From contig JACJWA010000001.1 of NCBI GenBank assembly GCA_020637395.1, positions 1,110,078 through 1,174,077 of the forward strand: DNA of 64,000 nt, given 5' to 3'. Below are positions 53,041 through 63,367 of the stretch, in pieces (position 1 is the stretch's first letter; each line of letters begins with the position of its first letter). The translations under genes were made by a program, and so were the position numbers. This DNA comes from Calditrichota bacterium. GTDB lineage: Bacteria; Electryoneota; RPQS01. The notes below the pieces were generated by a model. It made no database searches. It had not been told where the DNA came from and saw nothing but the letters and a program-made list of their open reading frames with translations.

Positions 53041-53799
53041 ATGCTGCCGCTTCTTGGTTTTGTGCTCGTCTTCTTCATCTTCATACTAAGCACGTCCCTG
53101 CGCGTGCTGAATGAGTATGAGCGGGGCGTTGTGTTCCGGCTTGGCCGCGCCATCGGAGTCAAAGGACCGGGATTGATCATTCTGATTCCTCTGGTGGACC
53201 GCATGGTGAAAGTCAGCCTGCGCACCGTGGTGCTCGATGTGCCGCCGCAAGACATCATCACGCGAGACAATGTCTCGCTGCAAGTGAACGCAGTAGTCTA
53301 TTTCAGAGTGCTTGCCCCGGACAAAGCAATTCTTGATGTTGAGAATTACATGTTCGCCACAAGTCAACTTTCGCAGACGACTCTCCGCAGTGTGCTTGGT
53401 CAGATTCAGCTTGACGATATTCTCTCCGAGCGCGAGAAAATAAACGACGAACTTCAACAGATCATTGACAGACAGACTGACCCCTGGGGCATCAAAGTCT
53501 CGCTGGTCGAGATCAAGCATGTGGATCTGCCGCAAGAGATGAAACGGGCGATGGCGCGGCAGGCGGAAGCAGAGCGCGAGCGCCGAGCGAAGATTATCGC
53601 AGCTGAGGGCGAACGACAGGCGGCCGATCAACTTACAGAAGCCGCCTCTGTGATCGCGGCCCATCCAGAGGCGCTTCAACTGCGCTATCTGCAAACGCTT
53701 GTAGAGATTTCGGCGGAGAACAATTCAGTGACGATTTTTCCGATTCCCATTGACTTACTGAAGCCGTTCCTGAACAACGCAAACAAGTCCAATTCCTAA
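53041..53799 (+). CDS. SPFH/band-7 (stomatin-like) protein
   Basis: [16 protein letters not shown]...GPGL and a coiled-coil region ([18 protein letters not shown]). Confidence 0.85.
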   Translation: MLPLLGFVLVFFIFILSTSLRVLNEYERGVVFRLGRAIGVKGPGLIILIPLVDRMVKVSLRTVVLDVPPQDIITRDNVSLQVNAVVYFRVLAPDKAILDVENYMFATSQLSQTTLRSVLGQIQLDDILSEREKINDELQQIIDRQTDPWGIKVSLVEIKHVDLPQEMKRAMARQAEAERERRAKIIAAEGERQAADQLTEAASVIAAHPEALQLRYLQTLVEISAENNSVTIFPIPIDLLKPFLNNANKSNS

Positions 53800-53830
53800 A
53801 CCGCTGTTCAAAGGCCGGGATACATCCTAC

Positions 53831-55237
53831 ATGCCACGTCGCAGTTCGCGTCCAATCATCCAGCTTATCGGCAATCTTGCGAGAATTGCGATTCCGCTTG
53901 CTCTCATTGCCGCTGCCGCGGTTTGGTTCCTGAATCTGAATCCGACACCTTATGGCGACCTTCGAGTCACGACCACTATTCCCGGCGCGGAGATCCAGAT
54001 AGACGGAAAACATGCGGGAGCGCAGAGTGATACCGTCTTAACCGGAATCCGAGCAGGGCGAAGATTCGTCACGGTACGTGCACCAGGGCTCATCTCTGAA
54101 CCTGAGGTCGTTATCGTCGAGATTCAGAAAGGTAGAACTGCTGTTGCGGCTTTTATCATGAGGGATTCCATTTCAGCGGCGAAGGCGGATACTTTTTCCG
54201 CGAAACGCGGCGTTCGTCAGGACATCTTTGCGGAAGATCAATCCTACGTGCGTGCTATTCCTCCCGCGCCGCCTTCTCCGGAAATGCTGGATTACTCTGA
54301 CCCTGACGTGGATGATTTCGCGGATCGCGGAACCGTGCCGCGCTTCGAACCGCGTGTTCGACCGTCCTCTGAGTCACTTACCGAGTCCGGAGAAAGCGAT
54401 TCCAGAGTTTCGGATGACACAAGAAAGTCTCTTGCCGGTACACAGATTACGGTTAGCTCAGAACCTCCCGGCGCGCGAATTCTCGTCAATGGTGCGCGCA
54501 CCACGAGCAGCACACCCTACACGTTTCGTGGACTTGACCGAGGCTATTACGTTTTTTCGATAGAAATGCCCGGACATGCGGCAACACCTGACAGCATAGA
54601 AGTAGTCCTGACGCTGGATGGGCAGTCGGAGCTTGCCGCGTTTTCCCTCGAGCCCCTCGAAAAACTGCCCATACCGCAGCTAACGATCTCGACGAAGCCT
54701 CTTGCTGCGGGAATCCGTGTCAACGGAACAGCTGTTGGTGTAGGGTCTGCGCGAGTGAATGCAGACTACGGAAGTGTATTGATCGAGTTCGTGGCTGTTC
54801 CGGGCTATCAGACTCCTAATCCGACCCGCGTCGAAATTACCAAGGACCATCCCAATCATGAAGTTGCGGGAGTCTATGAACGACTGTCCGGATCTTCAAT
54901 GATTGCCGTAGTCCCCAATGCAAACTTTCCCCGATTTGACGGGAGCAAACTGCGCGTCTTCGTGGACGGTGAGTTGATTCTCGATGGTCCAACCGAGCCC
55001 TTTGATGTCACGCTCTTGGGCGGACTATATCCCGGCGAACGCGCGGTAAAGCTTGAGTACGATGGCCTGGTCGCGGAAGACATTGTGAAAGTGTTCAATG
55101 ATCAAGTTGCCGAGCTGACTATCCGCATAAATGCCGCATTCGGCAAGCGCAGTCTGCGATTCAAGACCAAGACGGACATTCCGCTTGACAAGTGGCAGTC
55201 CGATTTCAAGAAATCCACCATACTTACGCAGAGCTAA
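53831..55237 (+). CDS. PEGA-domain membrane-anchored protein
   Basis: N-terminal TM helix. Repeated PEGA-like modules (ARILVNGA..., AGIRVNGT...). Confidence 0.45.
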   Translation: MPRRSSRPIIQLIGNLARIAIPLALIAAAAVWFLNLNPTPYGDLRVTTTIPGAEIQIDGKHAGAQSDTVLTGIRAGRRFVTVRAPGLISEPEVVIVEIQKGRTAVAAFIMRDSISAAKADTFSAKRGVRQDIFAEDQSYVRAIPPAPPSPEMLDYSDPDVDDFADRGTVPRFEPRVRPSSESLTESGESDSRVSDDTRKSLAGTQITVSSEPPGARILVNGARTTSSTPYTFRGLDRGYYVFSIEMPGHAATPDSIEVVLTLDGQSELAAFSLEPLEKLPIPQLTISTKPLAAGIRVNGTAVGVGSARVNADYGSVLIEFVAVPGYQTPNPTRVEITKDHPNHEVAGVYERLSGSSMIAVVPNANFPRFDGSKLRVFVDGELILDGPTEPFDVTLLGGLYPGERAVKLEYDGLVAEDIVKVFNDQVAELTIRINAAFGKRSLRFKTKTDIPLDKWQSDFKKSTILTQS

Positions 55238-55273
55238 GGTCGTTGCGCCGCAAAGTGACTCACGAGCATGGCA

Positions 55274-55305
55274 GAAACCCTCAACCTGAGGGTTTCTTGC
55301 TCAAT
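55274..55305 (+). terminator. Intrinsic terminator after the PEGA gene
   Basis: 10-bp stem GAAACCCTCA-acc-TGAGGGTTTC, then ttgctcaatt. Falls inside the over-extended ORF-track version of rluB. Confidence 0.5.
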
Positions 55306-56040
55306 TCCGAGCGGATTAACAGATATCTCGCGCGTTGTGGAGTTTGCTCCCGCCGCGAAGCGGACAGGCTGATTGCCGAAGGCAGAGTGACCGTCAACGG
55401 CAAGACTGTCCGTGAACTCGGAATACAGATTGATCCGATGCGTGACACGCTTGAAGTGGATGGGGAGCGCGTCGCCGAAGCGCAAGACCCTACCGTGATT
55501 GCTTTTCACAAACCGGTTGGTGTTCTTTCCACTTGCCGAGCCGGGCGCGAAACGGGTGCCATCATCACCGAGTATCTGCCATCAGGGCGAAGGCTCTATC
55601 CCATCGGAAGATTGGACAAGGATTCGTGCGGTTTGCTGCTTGTGACGGACGACGGCGATTTGGCAAATCTGCTGATGCATCCGAGATATGGATCGCACAA
55701 GACTTATCTCGTGGATACTGAACCGCCGCTGACTCGCAGACAATATGCAACTCTGGCTCGCGGCGTCATCCTTGAGGACGGCCCGGCACGACCAGCGGCG
55801 TTGCGGCAGGTTGGCGAACACTCATTTGAGATTATTCTATCGGAGGGCCGCAAGCGCCAAATTAGACGGATGGTCGCTGCGGTCGGTGCTCGAGTTACAA
55901 AATTGACACGGATCGAGCAGGCCGGAATTCGATTGGGAAGTCTGCCGCCAGGGAAATGGCGGGAACTTTCCGCTTCCGAAATCAAACGACTGAAAGAGTC
56001 ACTTCAGTCTGGTTCATCGCCTTTTCAGGAGAACGGATAA
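55297..56040 (+). CDS. rluB: Pseudouridine synthase (RluB/RsuA family)
   Basis: S4 domain RINRYLARCGV...RREADRLI. Catalytic GRLDKDSCGLLL. Start moved to the in-frame TTG just after the terminator hairpin. Confidence 0.75.
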   Translation: MLNSERINRYLARCGVCSRREADRLIAEGRVTVNGKTVRELGIQIDPMRDTLEVDGERVAEAQDPTVIAFHKPVGVLSTCRAGRETGAIITEYLPSGRRLYPIGRLDKDSCGLLLVTDDGDLANLLMHPRYGSHKTYLVDTEPPLTRRQYATLARGVILEDGPARPAALRQVGEHSFEIILSEGRKRQIRRMVAAVGARVTKLTRIEQAGIRLGSLPPGKWRELSASEIKRLKESLQSGSSPFQENG

Positions 56041-56041
56041 C

Positions 56042-56266
56042 ATGTACCTCGTGGATGAAGAAAAACTGATTATTCATGATATGTCGTCGCCGAAGTACGA
56101 GTGTGAGATCAAGAAGATTGCCGAAGACAAGCGTCGCAAGGTCTACACACTTGATCAGGTGAAGCGGATGATTGACACACAGCACCGTCCGCAATACAAT
56201 GGCTGCAGGTGGTGTATGCCGGAATATCATACCTTTGACATGCAAAGTATCTTCAAGCATGACTGA
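56042..56266 (+). CDS. Low-GC hypothetical 74-aa Cys/His protein
   Basis: H-x5-C-x2-C-x4-H pattern (HRPQYNGCRWCMPEYH). GC content far below the window average. Exactly fills the rluB-selB gap. Confidence 0.3.
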   Translation: MYLVDEEKLIIHDMSSPKYECEIKKIAEDKRRKVYTLDQVKRMIDTQHRPQYNGCRWCMPEYHTFDMQSIFKHD

Positions 56267-56268
56267 CG

Positions 56269-58155
56269 ATGCCACACGTAATTGTCGGCACTGCCGGGCA
56301 CATTGATCACGGAAAGTCCTCGCTCGTCCGGGCCCTGACCGGAACCGATCCGGATCGCTTGCCCGAAGAAAAGCGGCGCCAGATCACGATAGATCTGGGG
56401 TTCGCCTTTCTGAACGAGGTGGCTGCAATCATAGATGTGCCGGGCCACGAAAAGTTCATCCACAACATGGTTGCGGGTGCTGCAACCATTGACTATGCGC
56501 TTCTCGTGATTGCTGCCGACGACGGCATCATGCCGCAAACTCGAGAGCATCTGCACATCTTGAGATTGCTGGGACTGCAGAACGGCGCAATTGTGCTGAC
56601 CAAATGCGGAATCGTACAGACGGATTGGCTGGCACTGGTGGCGGATCAAGTGAAGTCCGAAGTCTGCGGCACCTTCCTTGAAGACGCTCCGATTTTCGAG
56701 GTGGACTCGTTGCAAGGGACTGGCATTGATGCACTGCGCACGTTTCTGGTCAACGAGCTGCCAAAAGTTGTGCGGCGCCGCACTCGTTCGGTTCTCCGCA
56801 TTCCACTTGACCGTGTCTTCACGGTCCATGGTCATGGGACGGTCGTCACGGGTACTGTCCTGTCAGGTGAGATCACACGTGACATGCGGGTTCAGATACT
56901 GCCCGGCGGTGCGTTTGCCAGAGTCAAGCAGTTGCAGTCCAACGCGCGTGAAAGAACCAGAATTGAACCCGGCATGCGGGCGGCGCTCAATCTCGTGACA
57001 GACTCTGAAATCTTGCGCGGTCAAACGATCACAACTGAAGGATCACTCGCGGTGACAAAGCGACTGGTCATCAGTTTTCGCCCAGTTCCTGGAACTCCTC
57101 AGATTCGAGACAGGCAAAGAGTTAGGCTGTTGATCGGAACTCAAGAGGTTATGGGTCGCTTCAGACTGCTTAAGCGAAACTCGTCGTTCGACCTTGCCCT
57201 GCTTTTGTTGGACGAGGAAGTTGTGGCCTCTTGGGGGGATTGTTTCATTGTGCGTCGCTATTCTCCTCTTGAGACACTTGGGGGCGGCGAAGTGCTCGAT
57301 GTTGCTCCCATTCTGCGAGGCGCACGAGATAAGCTTGGCTTGTTGAACATGCTTGGCGACACCGTACAGTCGGACTTCGAAAGTGGTGTGAGAAACTGGG
57401 CATATTCACACAGTTTCCTTGGTGTGCGCTTACAACGGATTGCACAGGTCTTTAGTGCGGAGCTGGGCTTTGTCAAAAAGGCACTCGAAAGTGCGCACGG
57501 CGAATGGCTACTAGTAGAAGAGTATGCTGCGCATCGAGAGCACGTCAATAGATGGCAGAAGAAGATCTTGGACGGCATGGCAAGGTTGCACAAGGAACAA
57601 TCAGATGTCGCCTCGTTCCCTTTGCTGCGACTTGCGCAACTCGTCCCCGGACTTCCTGATTCATTGCTCGCATCCGCTGTTTCTGAGCTTGTTGCCAGAG
57701 CTCAGATGGAATCCAATGCCTCTGGCTTCTCGTTGCCCGGCAAGTCCGCCAACGTGGACCCCAAACAGGCACAATTGCTCGAACGAGTGCTTGTTGAATT
57801 GTCGGTGTCAAAGTTTGCGCCGCCCTCGGCAAATGTGTTGTCCGAAAAGCTGAACGAGCGAAAAAGCGATGTAGAACGAGTATTGGTTCTGGCGACCCGT
57901 CAGAACCTCGTAGTTCGACTGGGCGTTGATATATTCTTTGAACGACAAGTCTTTGCAGATGCAATCGCCAAGACTGTCTCGGTGATTAAGTCATCAGGAA
58001 GCGCGCAGGTGTCGGAGCTTAGCAAGATCTTGAATTCGTCTCGCAAGTATGTCGTTCCATTTCTGGAGTATCTTGACTCCAAAGGAATCACTGAGCGGCA
58101 GGACAATCTTCGCGTAGAAGGAAGAAACTTCTCGAATTTCGATAGCATACAATGA
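56269..58155 (+). CDS. selB: Selenocysteine-specific elongation factor
   Basis: G-domain GHIDHGKSSL. 628 aa with long C-terminal winged-helix extension. Confidence 0.85.
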   Translation: MPHVIVGTAGHIDHGKSSLVRALTGTDPDRLPEEKRRQITIDLGFAFLNEVAAIIDVPGHEKFIHNMVAGAATIDYALLVIAADDGIMPQTREHLHILRLLGLQNGAIVLTKCGIVQTDWLALVADQVKSEVCGTFLEDAPIFEVDSLQGTGIDALRTFLVNELPKVVRRRTRSVLRIPLDRVFTVHGHGTVVTGTVLSGEITRDMRVQILPGGAFARVKQLQSNARERTRIEPGMRAALNLVTDSEILRGQTITTEGSLAVTKRLVISFRPVPGTPQIRDRQRVRLLIGTQEVMGRFRLLKRNSSFDLALLLLDEEVVASWGDCFIVRRYSPLETLGGGEVLDVAPILRGARDKLGLLNMLGDTVQSDFESGVRNWAYSHSFLGVRLQRIAQVFSAELGFVKKALESAHGEWLLVEEYAAHREHVNRWQKKILDGMARLHKEQSDVASFPLLRLAQLVPGLPDSLLASAVSELVARAQMESNASGFSLPGKSANVDPKQAQLLERVLVELSVSKFAPPSANVLSEKLNERKSDVERVLVLATRQNLVVRLGVDIFFERQVFADAIAKTVSVIKSSGSAQVSELSKILNSSRKYVVPFLEYLDSKGITERQDNLRVEGRNFSNFDSIQ

Positions 58156-59681
58156 AACGAATCATTCTCGCGATTCTTGATGGATACGGCCTTGCACCGG
58201 CTGGCCCTCACAATGCGGTCACACTTGCAAGGACCCCGTTCTTAGACAAGCTGTGGCGTGAGTCACCAAATTCTACCCTCATTACTTCGGGTGAAGAGGT
58301 TGGATTGCCCGCAGGGCAAATGGGAAACAGCGAAGTCGGCCATCTGAATATCGGCGCCGGTCGTGTCGTCTATCAGGACATCACTCGAATTGACTTGTCC
58401 ATCAGGAAGCACGAGTTTCACGAGAATTCAACTCTGTTGGACTTGCTGGACAGACTCAAGAAGTCTGGAGCGACGCTGCATCTTATGGGATTGGTCAGCG
58501 ACGGCGGAGTACATTCGTCTCTCAATCATGTGCGGGCAATTCTTGAGACCTGCAAGGAACAAGCCTTTGATCGTGTCGTCGTCCACGCTTTCACAGATGG
58601 CAGAGATACTCCACCGCATTCAGGCAGACAGCACCTGAGCACACTTCAGGAATGGATGCACAAGCTCAAGGTTGGTCGAATCGGAACGGTTGTCGGACGT
58701 TACTATGCTATGGACCGGGACAATCGCTGGGAACGCGTTGAACGAGCGTACCGCGCACTATGTTTTGGCGAGGGCAAAGCTGCGGTTGACATTGATGTCG
58801 CAATGTCTGAATCTTATTCTGATGGAATCACGGACGAGTTCGTGCTTCCAATAGTGATGCATCCTGAATATCCTCGTCTGCGAGTGAGCTCATCCGACGG
58901 CGTGCTCTTCTTCAATTTTCGAGCGGATCGCACCAGGCAGTTGACGCAGGCTTTGACCAATACTGGATTTTCTGCGTTCGATGCTCCCATGAAAGTTGAC
59001 GATTACGTCACCATGACCAAGTATCACGAAGAGTACACCTTTCCCGTACTCTTTGCGCCACAACCGCTAACAGGTATTCTTGGACAAGTTCTTTCGGAGA
59101 ACGGACTGAAACAGCTCAGAATTGCAGAGACGGAGAAATACCCGCACGTCACCTTTTTCTTCAATGGAGGTGATGACCAGCCATTTCCCCTCGAAGAACG
59201 CATTCTTGTTCCCTCACCAAAAGTCGCCACGTATGATCTTCAGCCTGAAATGAGCGAACCAGAAGTTACGAGGAAACTCTGCGAGGCAATTCGTTCCCAA
59301 TCGTTTGATTTCATCTGTGTAAACTTTGCAAACTGTGACATGGTTGGTCACACCGGTGTCCTTGAAGCGGCGATCCAAGCCGTCCAGACCGCAAATCACG
59401 GTGCGCAGGAGATGTGCACTGCCGCCAAGGAATACGGCTATGCAGTTTTGATTACGGCGGATCACGGAAACGCGGAGCAGATGTGGGATGAAAAGACGAA
59501 TGGCCCACATACGGCTCATACTACAAATCCTGTTCGCGTGGCTCTCTTTAACGCAGCGGATGAGTTTCGCCTGAGAGATGGCGGCGTCCTGGGCGATCTT
59601 GCCCCGACAATTCTGGAGTATATGGGCATCCCGAAGTCCCCTGAAATGTCCGGCACGTCACTGCTTGTCAATTCGAAGTGA
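58152..59681 (+). CDS. gpmI: 2,3-bisphosphoglycerate-independent phosphoglycerate mutase
   Basis: ILDGYG...NSEVGHLN N-terminal motifs. 509 aa. Confidence 0.9.
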   Translation: MKRIILAILDGYGLAPAGPHNAVTLARTPFLDKLWRESPNSTLITSGEEVGLPAGQMGNSEVGHLNIGAGRVVYQDITRIDLSIRKHEFHENSTLLDLLDRLKKSGATLHLMGLVSDGGVHSSLNHVRAILETCKEQAFDRVVVHAFTDGRDTPPHSGRQHLSTLQEWMHKLKVGRIGTVVGRYYAMDRDNRWERVERAYRALCFGEGKAAVDIDVAMSESYSDGITDEFVLPIVMHPEYPRLRVSSSDGVLFFNFRADRTRQLTQALTNTGFSAFDAPMKVDDYVTMTKYHEEYTFPVLFAPQPLTGILGQVLSENGLKQLRIAETEKYPHVTFFFNGGDDQPFPLEERILVPSPKVATYDLQPEMSEPEVTRKLCEAIRSQSFDFICVNFANCDMVGHTGVLEAAIQAVQTANHGAQEMCTAAKEYGYAVLITADHGNAEQMWDEKTNGPHTAHTTNPVRVALFNAADEFRLRDGGVLGDLAPTILEYMGIPKSPEMSGTSLLVNSK

Positions 59682-60826
59682 AAACTGACCGGTGGACACG
59701 ATTTGCTGGTGTTTCACTCACACTTGGCATTCTGCTGCGTGCCTATTTCATCGTTGCGACTCCATTCGACCGTCCTGTAGAAATCGGCAAACTCTCAGCG
59801 TATGGCGATGAGCCTGCGCACGTGGCCTACACGATGCACTTGCTCGAGAATGGTGAACTGCCGGCTTTCATCACTCCAATAACGGAGGAAACAGGTGCCG
59901 CTCCATCATTTGAGAACTATCAGTCACCGGCGTACTATGTGCTTCATGCACTGTCATGTCGCGCGGTTGGTGCAGATAGTATCGAGGGCGTAGTCTTGGC
60001 GGGCAGGATATTATCCCTGTGCTTCATGCTTCTGTCCATACCGGTTGCCTGCAAGATCGCAACCCGAATTGCACCAGGAGCCGCGATGACGGCGTGTGCG
60101 GTGATCTTTCTCAGTCTGAGTCCGGTCATGGTTCGGTTCAGCGCATTGTGTGGAAATGAAACACTACTTTGGCTTGCTTCCGGGGTGATCGTTCTTTCCT
60201 ATCTCAGAGATGAGGAGCGGCAAGCCCCGAGAAGTCTGCTCCTGCTGGCCGTCGTGAGTGCGCTGGGAGTTTATGTTAAGCTTTCGGCACTCTTGCTGCT
60301 CCCACTGCTGTTTGTTCGATCCGGAACTCGGTTCAGGACGCAGCGGAAGACCAGCATAGGTGTTGTCTTGTTTTTCGTTCTGCTGGTCGCTCCGGTCTTT
60401 CTGCGCAACAAACTCGTTTTTGACAGCTTCTTGCCCCTGACTGCCGGTTTTGGCCTTCCCCTGTTCAGAATTCCAGGGCCTGATTTTCTTGCTTTCAGTT
60501 TTCGATCAGTAGTGTTTCCTTGGAGTGAATTCTGGAAGGGGTGGATAGGAGTCTTGGTGATGGCACCAGCACTGCTTGTCCTCGTGCGAGCGTGCTGGTC
60601 AGGCGCTTTTCGCCCTCCCATGCGCCTGTGGTCTTCTTGGCTGTCCTTGAGTGCGCTGGCCGCCTATCTGTTACTGAACTTCCAATATCATCAGGCCGAA
60701 GGACGATATCTCTTTGTCGCTTGGCCCGTCGTGGTTGCAGGTCTTCAACCAATAAGCACTTCAGCCAATGGTCCGTTCATAATGATTGCTTCGTTGACCT
60801 TACCTTACTTGCTCTTTGTCTTCTGA
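59678..60826 (+). CDS. GT39/GT83-like (ArnT/PMT-fold) membrane glycosyltransferase
   Basis: Polytopic. DEPAH-type loop after the first TM helix. Confidence 0.45.
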   Translation: MKTDRWTRFAGVSLTLGILLRAYFIVATPFDRPVEIGKLSAYGDEPAHVAYTMHLLENGELPAFITPITEETGAAPSFENYQSPAYYVLHALSCRAVGADSIEGVVLAGRILSLCFMLLSIPVACKIATRIAPGAAMTACAVIFLSLSPVMVRFSALCGNETLLWLASGVIVLSYLRDEERQAPRSLLLLAVVSALGVYVKLSALLLLPLLFVRSGTRFRTQRKTSIGVVLFFVLLVAPVFLRNKLVFDSFLPLTAGFGLPLFRIPGPDFLAFSFRSVVFPWSEFWKGWIGVLVMAPALLVLVRACWSGAFRPPMRLWSSWLSLSALAAYLLLNFQYHQAEGRYLFVAWPVVVAGLQPISTSANGPFIMIASLTLPYLLFVF

Positions 60827-62288
60827 CGGCATGAAATCGAAGCTGAAGGCATTGACCAAAGAGTCAATGATTTACGGACTGGCTCACATCCTGACCCGAT
60901 CCGTCACGTTTCTGCTTCTCCCGTACTACAGCTACCGTTTGTCGGCGGGAGAGTACGGAGAGCTTGCCCTGTACTATTTGTTCCTTGCTGTAGCTCAGAC
61001 GTTTTATGTCTATGGTCTCGATATCGCGTATCTGAGGTTCTACAACCTCAAAGACCATGGCAAGAGCAAGGAAGTCGTGAATGGGACTGTCTTTCTGGCA
61101 GTACTGGTCAGCGCCCTGTCGCTGAGCGGCATTCTTTTGCTGCTGCGCGACGGAATTGGAAGGCTGGTCATTCATAATCCCGTTCGACCAGATGAAGTTG
61201 CTACCGGTGTGATGATTTGCGCCGGCATTCTGTTCTTTGACACATTGGGGACTTTTCCGTTCCTAAAGTTGCGAAGCGACAATCGCCCGCTTGCCTTTTC
61301 GACTCAGAAGCTGATCAATGTGTCGCTGAATATTGCTCTGAATGTCTGGATGGTCGGCGGCTTAAGGCTCGGAGTGATGGGAGTTCTCTACGCGAATCTG
61401 ATCTCAAGCGTGGTCACTTTCCTGCTGCTCCTTCCTTCGTTCGCGCGCTCCTTGGTCTTGACCCTTGACGGTGTTCTGCTCAAATCATTGCTTACCTTCG
61501 GCCTGCCCAATGTTCCGACTTATCTTTTTGTCATGGTTGTTGAACTTGCAGACAGAAAGGCCTTGGAGATTTTTCGGGGTGTGGAGGAGGCAGGTCTTTA
61601 TTCTGCCGGCTACAAACTTGGAATGTTTATGGGTGTTGTCAACGCAGCGTTTCGTTTTGCCTGGCAGCCCTTCTTTCTAAAACATGCGGAAGATAGTGAC
61701 GCACCGAGACTATTCTCTCGCACGCTGACCTATTACCTGCTGGTCGCCTGCGCACTCTTGGTGTCACTAACGGCGCTTGTACCTCCGCTGGTCACGACCG
61801 ATCTACCGGTCATCGGCAGATTGATTTCGAGTGAGTTTTCAAGCGGTCTTGTTGTTTTTCCTGTCATACTTGCCGCTCACATATTCGATGGCGTGTACGC
61901 CAATCTCATGGTCGGCATCTACATTCAGAAGCAGACTCGTAGACTTCCTGCCGTTACCGGCGCTGCGGCAGTCTTCACCATCGCGGCCAATTTGCTGCTT
62001 GTGCCAACGTACGGAATGATGGCAGCCGCGTGGATCACGCTGGCGGCATTCATGATTCAGGCAGTCCTCTTGTATTTCGTGATTCGCAAGTGTTACCCGC
62101 TGAACTACGAATGGGGCCGCATTGGGCTGCTTGGGCTTGTGACGACGATTCTCACACTTGTGGCTGCCCAGAGCGAACTTGGATGGACTCTAAGAGTGCT
62201 CGTCGTGCTGGCGTTTCCGCTGTCGCTGCTTCTGCTTAGATTTCCAACACAAGGCGAACTGGCAGCGGTCCGGCGTTTGTACAAGTGA
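60816..62288 (+). CDS. MOP-superfamily polysaccharide flippase (Wzx-like)
   Basis: 490 aa, about 12-14 TM helices, typical length and topology. Confidence 0.55.
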   Translation: MSSDGMKSKLKALTKESMIYGLAHILTRSVTFLLLPYYSYRLSAGEYGELALYYLFLAVAQTFYVYGLDIAYLRFYNLKDHGKSKEVVNGTVFLAVLVSALSLSGILLLLRDGIGRLVIHNPVRPDEVATGVMICAGILFFDTLGTFPFLKLRSDNRPLAFSTQKLINVSLNIALNVWMVGGLRLGVMGVLYANLISSVVTFLLLLPSFARSLVLTLDGVLLKSLLTFGLPNVPTYLFVMVVELADRKALEIFRGVEEAGLYSAGYKLGMFMGVVNAAFRFAWQPFFLKHAEDSDAPRLFSRTLTYYLLVACALLVSLTALVPPLVTTDLPVIGRLISSEFSSGLVVFPVILAAHIFDGVYANLMVGIYIQKQTRRLPAVTGAAAVFTIAANLLLVPTYGMMAAAWITLAAFMIQAVLLYFVIRKCYPLNYEWGRIGLLGLVTTILTLVAAQSELGWTLRVLVVLAFPLSLLLLRFPTQGELAAVRRLYK

Positions 62289-63367
62289 TGAAGTTCCTTT
62301 ATATCGCGCCAGAGCATGTGTCCGGAACTCTGTCACTTTTCAAAAAGGAACACGAGCGTCGCGGGGACCACTGCAGATTTGTCACATTTTGGCATAGCCG
62401 CTGGAATTTTCCAGATGATATCTGTTTGGACTTGCCGTGGATGCCAAATCGAAGCTGGGTACTCGCCCTGCGCAATGCGATCGCGCCGGACCCGCACAAG
62501 GTTCCATCGCGTATCGTGGCAGGTAAGCCTCCAGTTTGGAATCCGAACCCCTTGATTCGCGGATTGTTTGCCGCAAGGGACTTTCTAAACTGGAAGGCCA
62601 TCTCGCGTGCGATAGAGTTGCATGATCTGAAAAGTTTCGACGTGATTCAATTGGATGGCGGCGCGGACTTCACGCGCAATGCGAGATTCGCCAAGGAGAT
62701 GCGAGCTTCCGGGAAGCACGTCGTGGCCTATTACCACGGTTCCGATCTGAGATCCCGTGGTTATATTCCGGCGGTAGATGAGGTCACTGAACTTCGGTTG
62801 ACTCCAGAGTGGGACTTAGTGAGCCTTGACTCGCGCCTGCAATATTTGTATTTGCCGTTTGAAGGCAAGTCATTGCCCTCCAAAGTGTATTCACCCGGCT
62901 CGCCAGTAAGGATCGGTCATGCTGCGCGAAACCCCTTAAAAGGAACTGCGCATGTCGAACGAGCGGTTCGTGCTCTCCAGAGAGAGTTTGCGCTTGAACT
63001 TGTTCTGATTCGTGACATGAGTCATGAGGAAGCGCTGCGCGTCAAGTTCAGTTGCGACATTCTTGTTGATCAATTGACAAATGAAGGTGGGTGGGGCTAC
63101 GGCATGAGCAGTGTCGAAGCTTTGGCGATGGGCTTGCCTGTCATTACAAACATTCCCGAGGCGATGCGAAGACAGCTCGGCGAGCACCCGTTTCTGCATG
63201 CCGATAGCGAGACGATTGAGCAAGTTCTTCGAGAGTGCTTGTTGAATCGCGAGTTACTTCGAAGTTCGTCAAAGCAGGGACGCGAGTGGGCTTTTGAAAG
63301 ACATGAGCTTGCGAAAGTTGGCGATTCCCTCTACGAGCACTACGATCGGTTGGGGTGGTTGAAGTGA
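62285..63367 (+). CDS. GT4 (group 1) glycosyltransferase
   Basis: C-terminal E-x7-E-like region GYGMSSVEALAMGLPVI. Confidence 0.6.
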   Translation: MMKFLYIAPEHVSGTLSLFKKEHERRGDHCRFVTFWHSRWNFPDDICLDLPWMPNRSWVLALRNAIAPDPHKVPSRIVAGKPPVWNPNPLIRGLFAARDFLNWKAISRAIELHDLKSFDVIQLDGGADFTRNARFAKEMRASGKHVVAYYHGSDLRSRGYIPAVDEVTELRLTPEWDLVSLDSRLQYLYLPFEGKSLPSKVYSPGSPVRIGHAARNPLKGTAHVERAVRALQREFALELVLIRDMSHEEALRVKFSCDILVDQLTNEGGWGYGMSSVEALAMGLPVITNIPEAMRRQLGEHPFLHADSETIEQVLRECLLNRELLRSSSKQGREWAFERHELAKVGDSLYEHYDRLGWLK

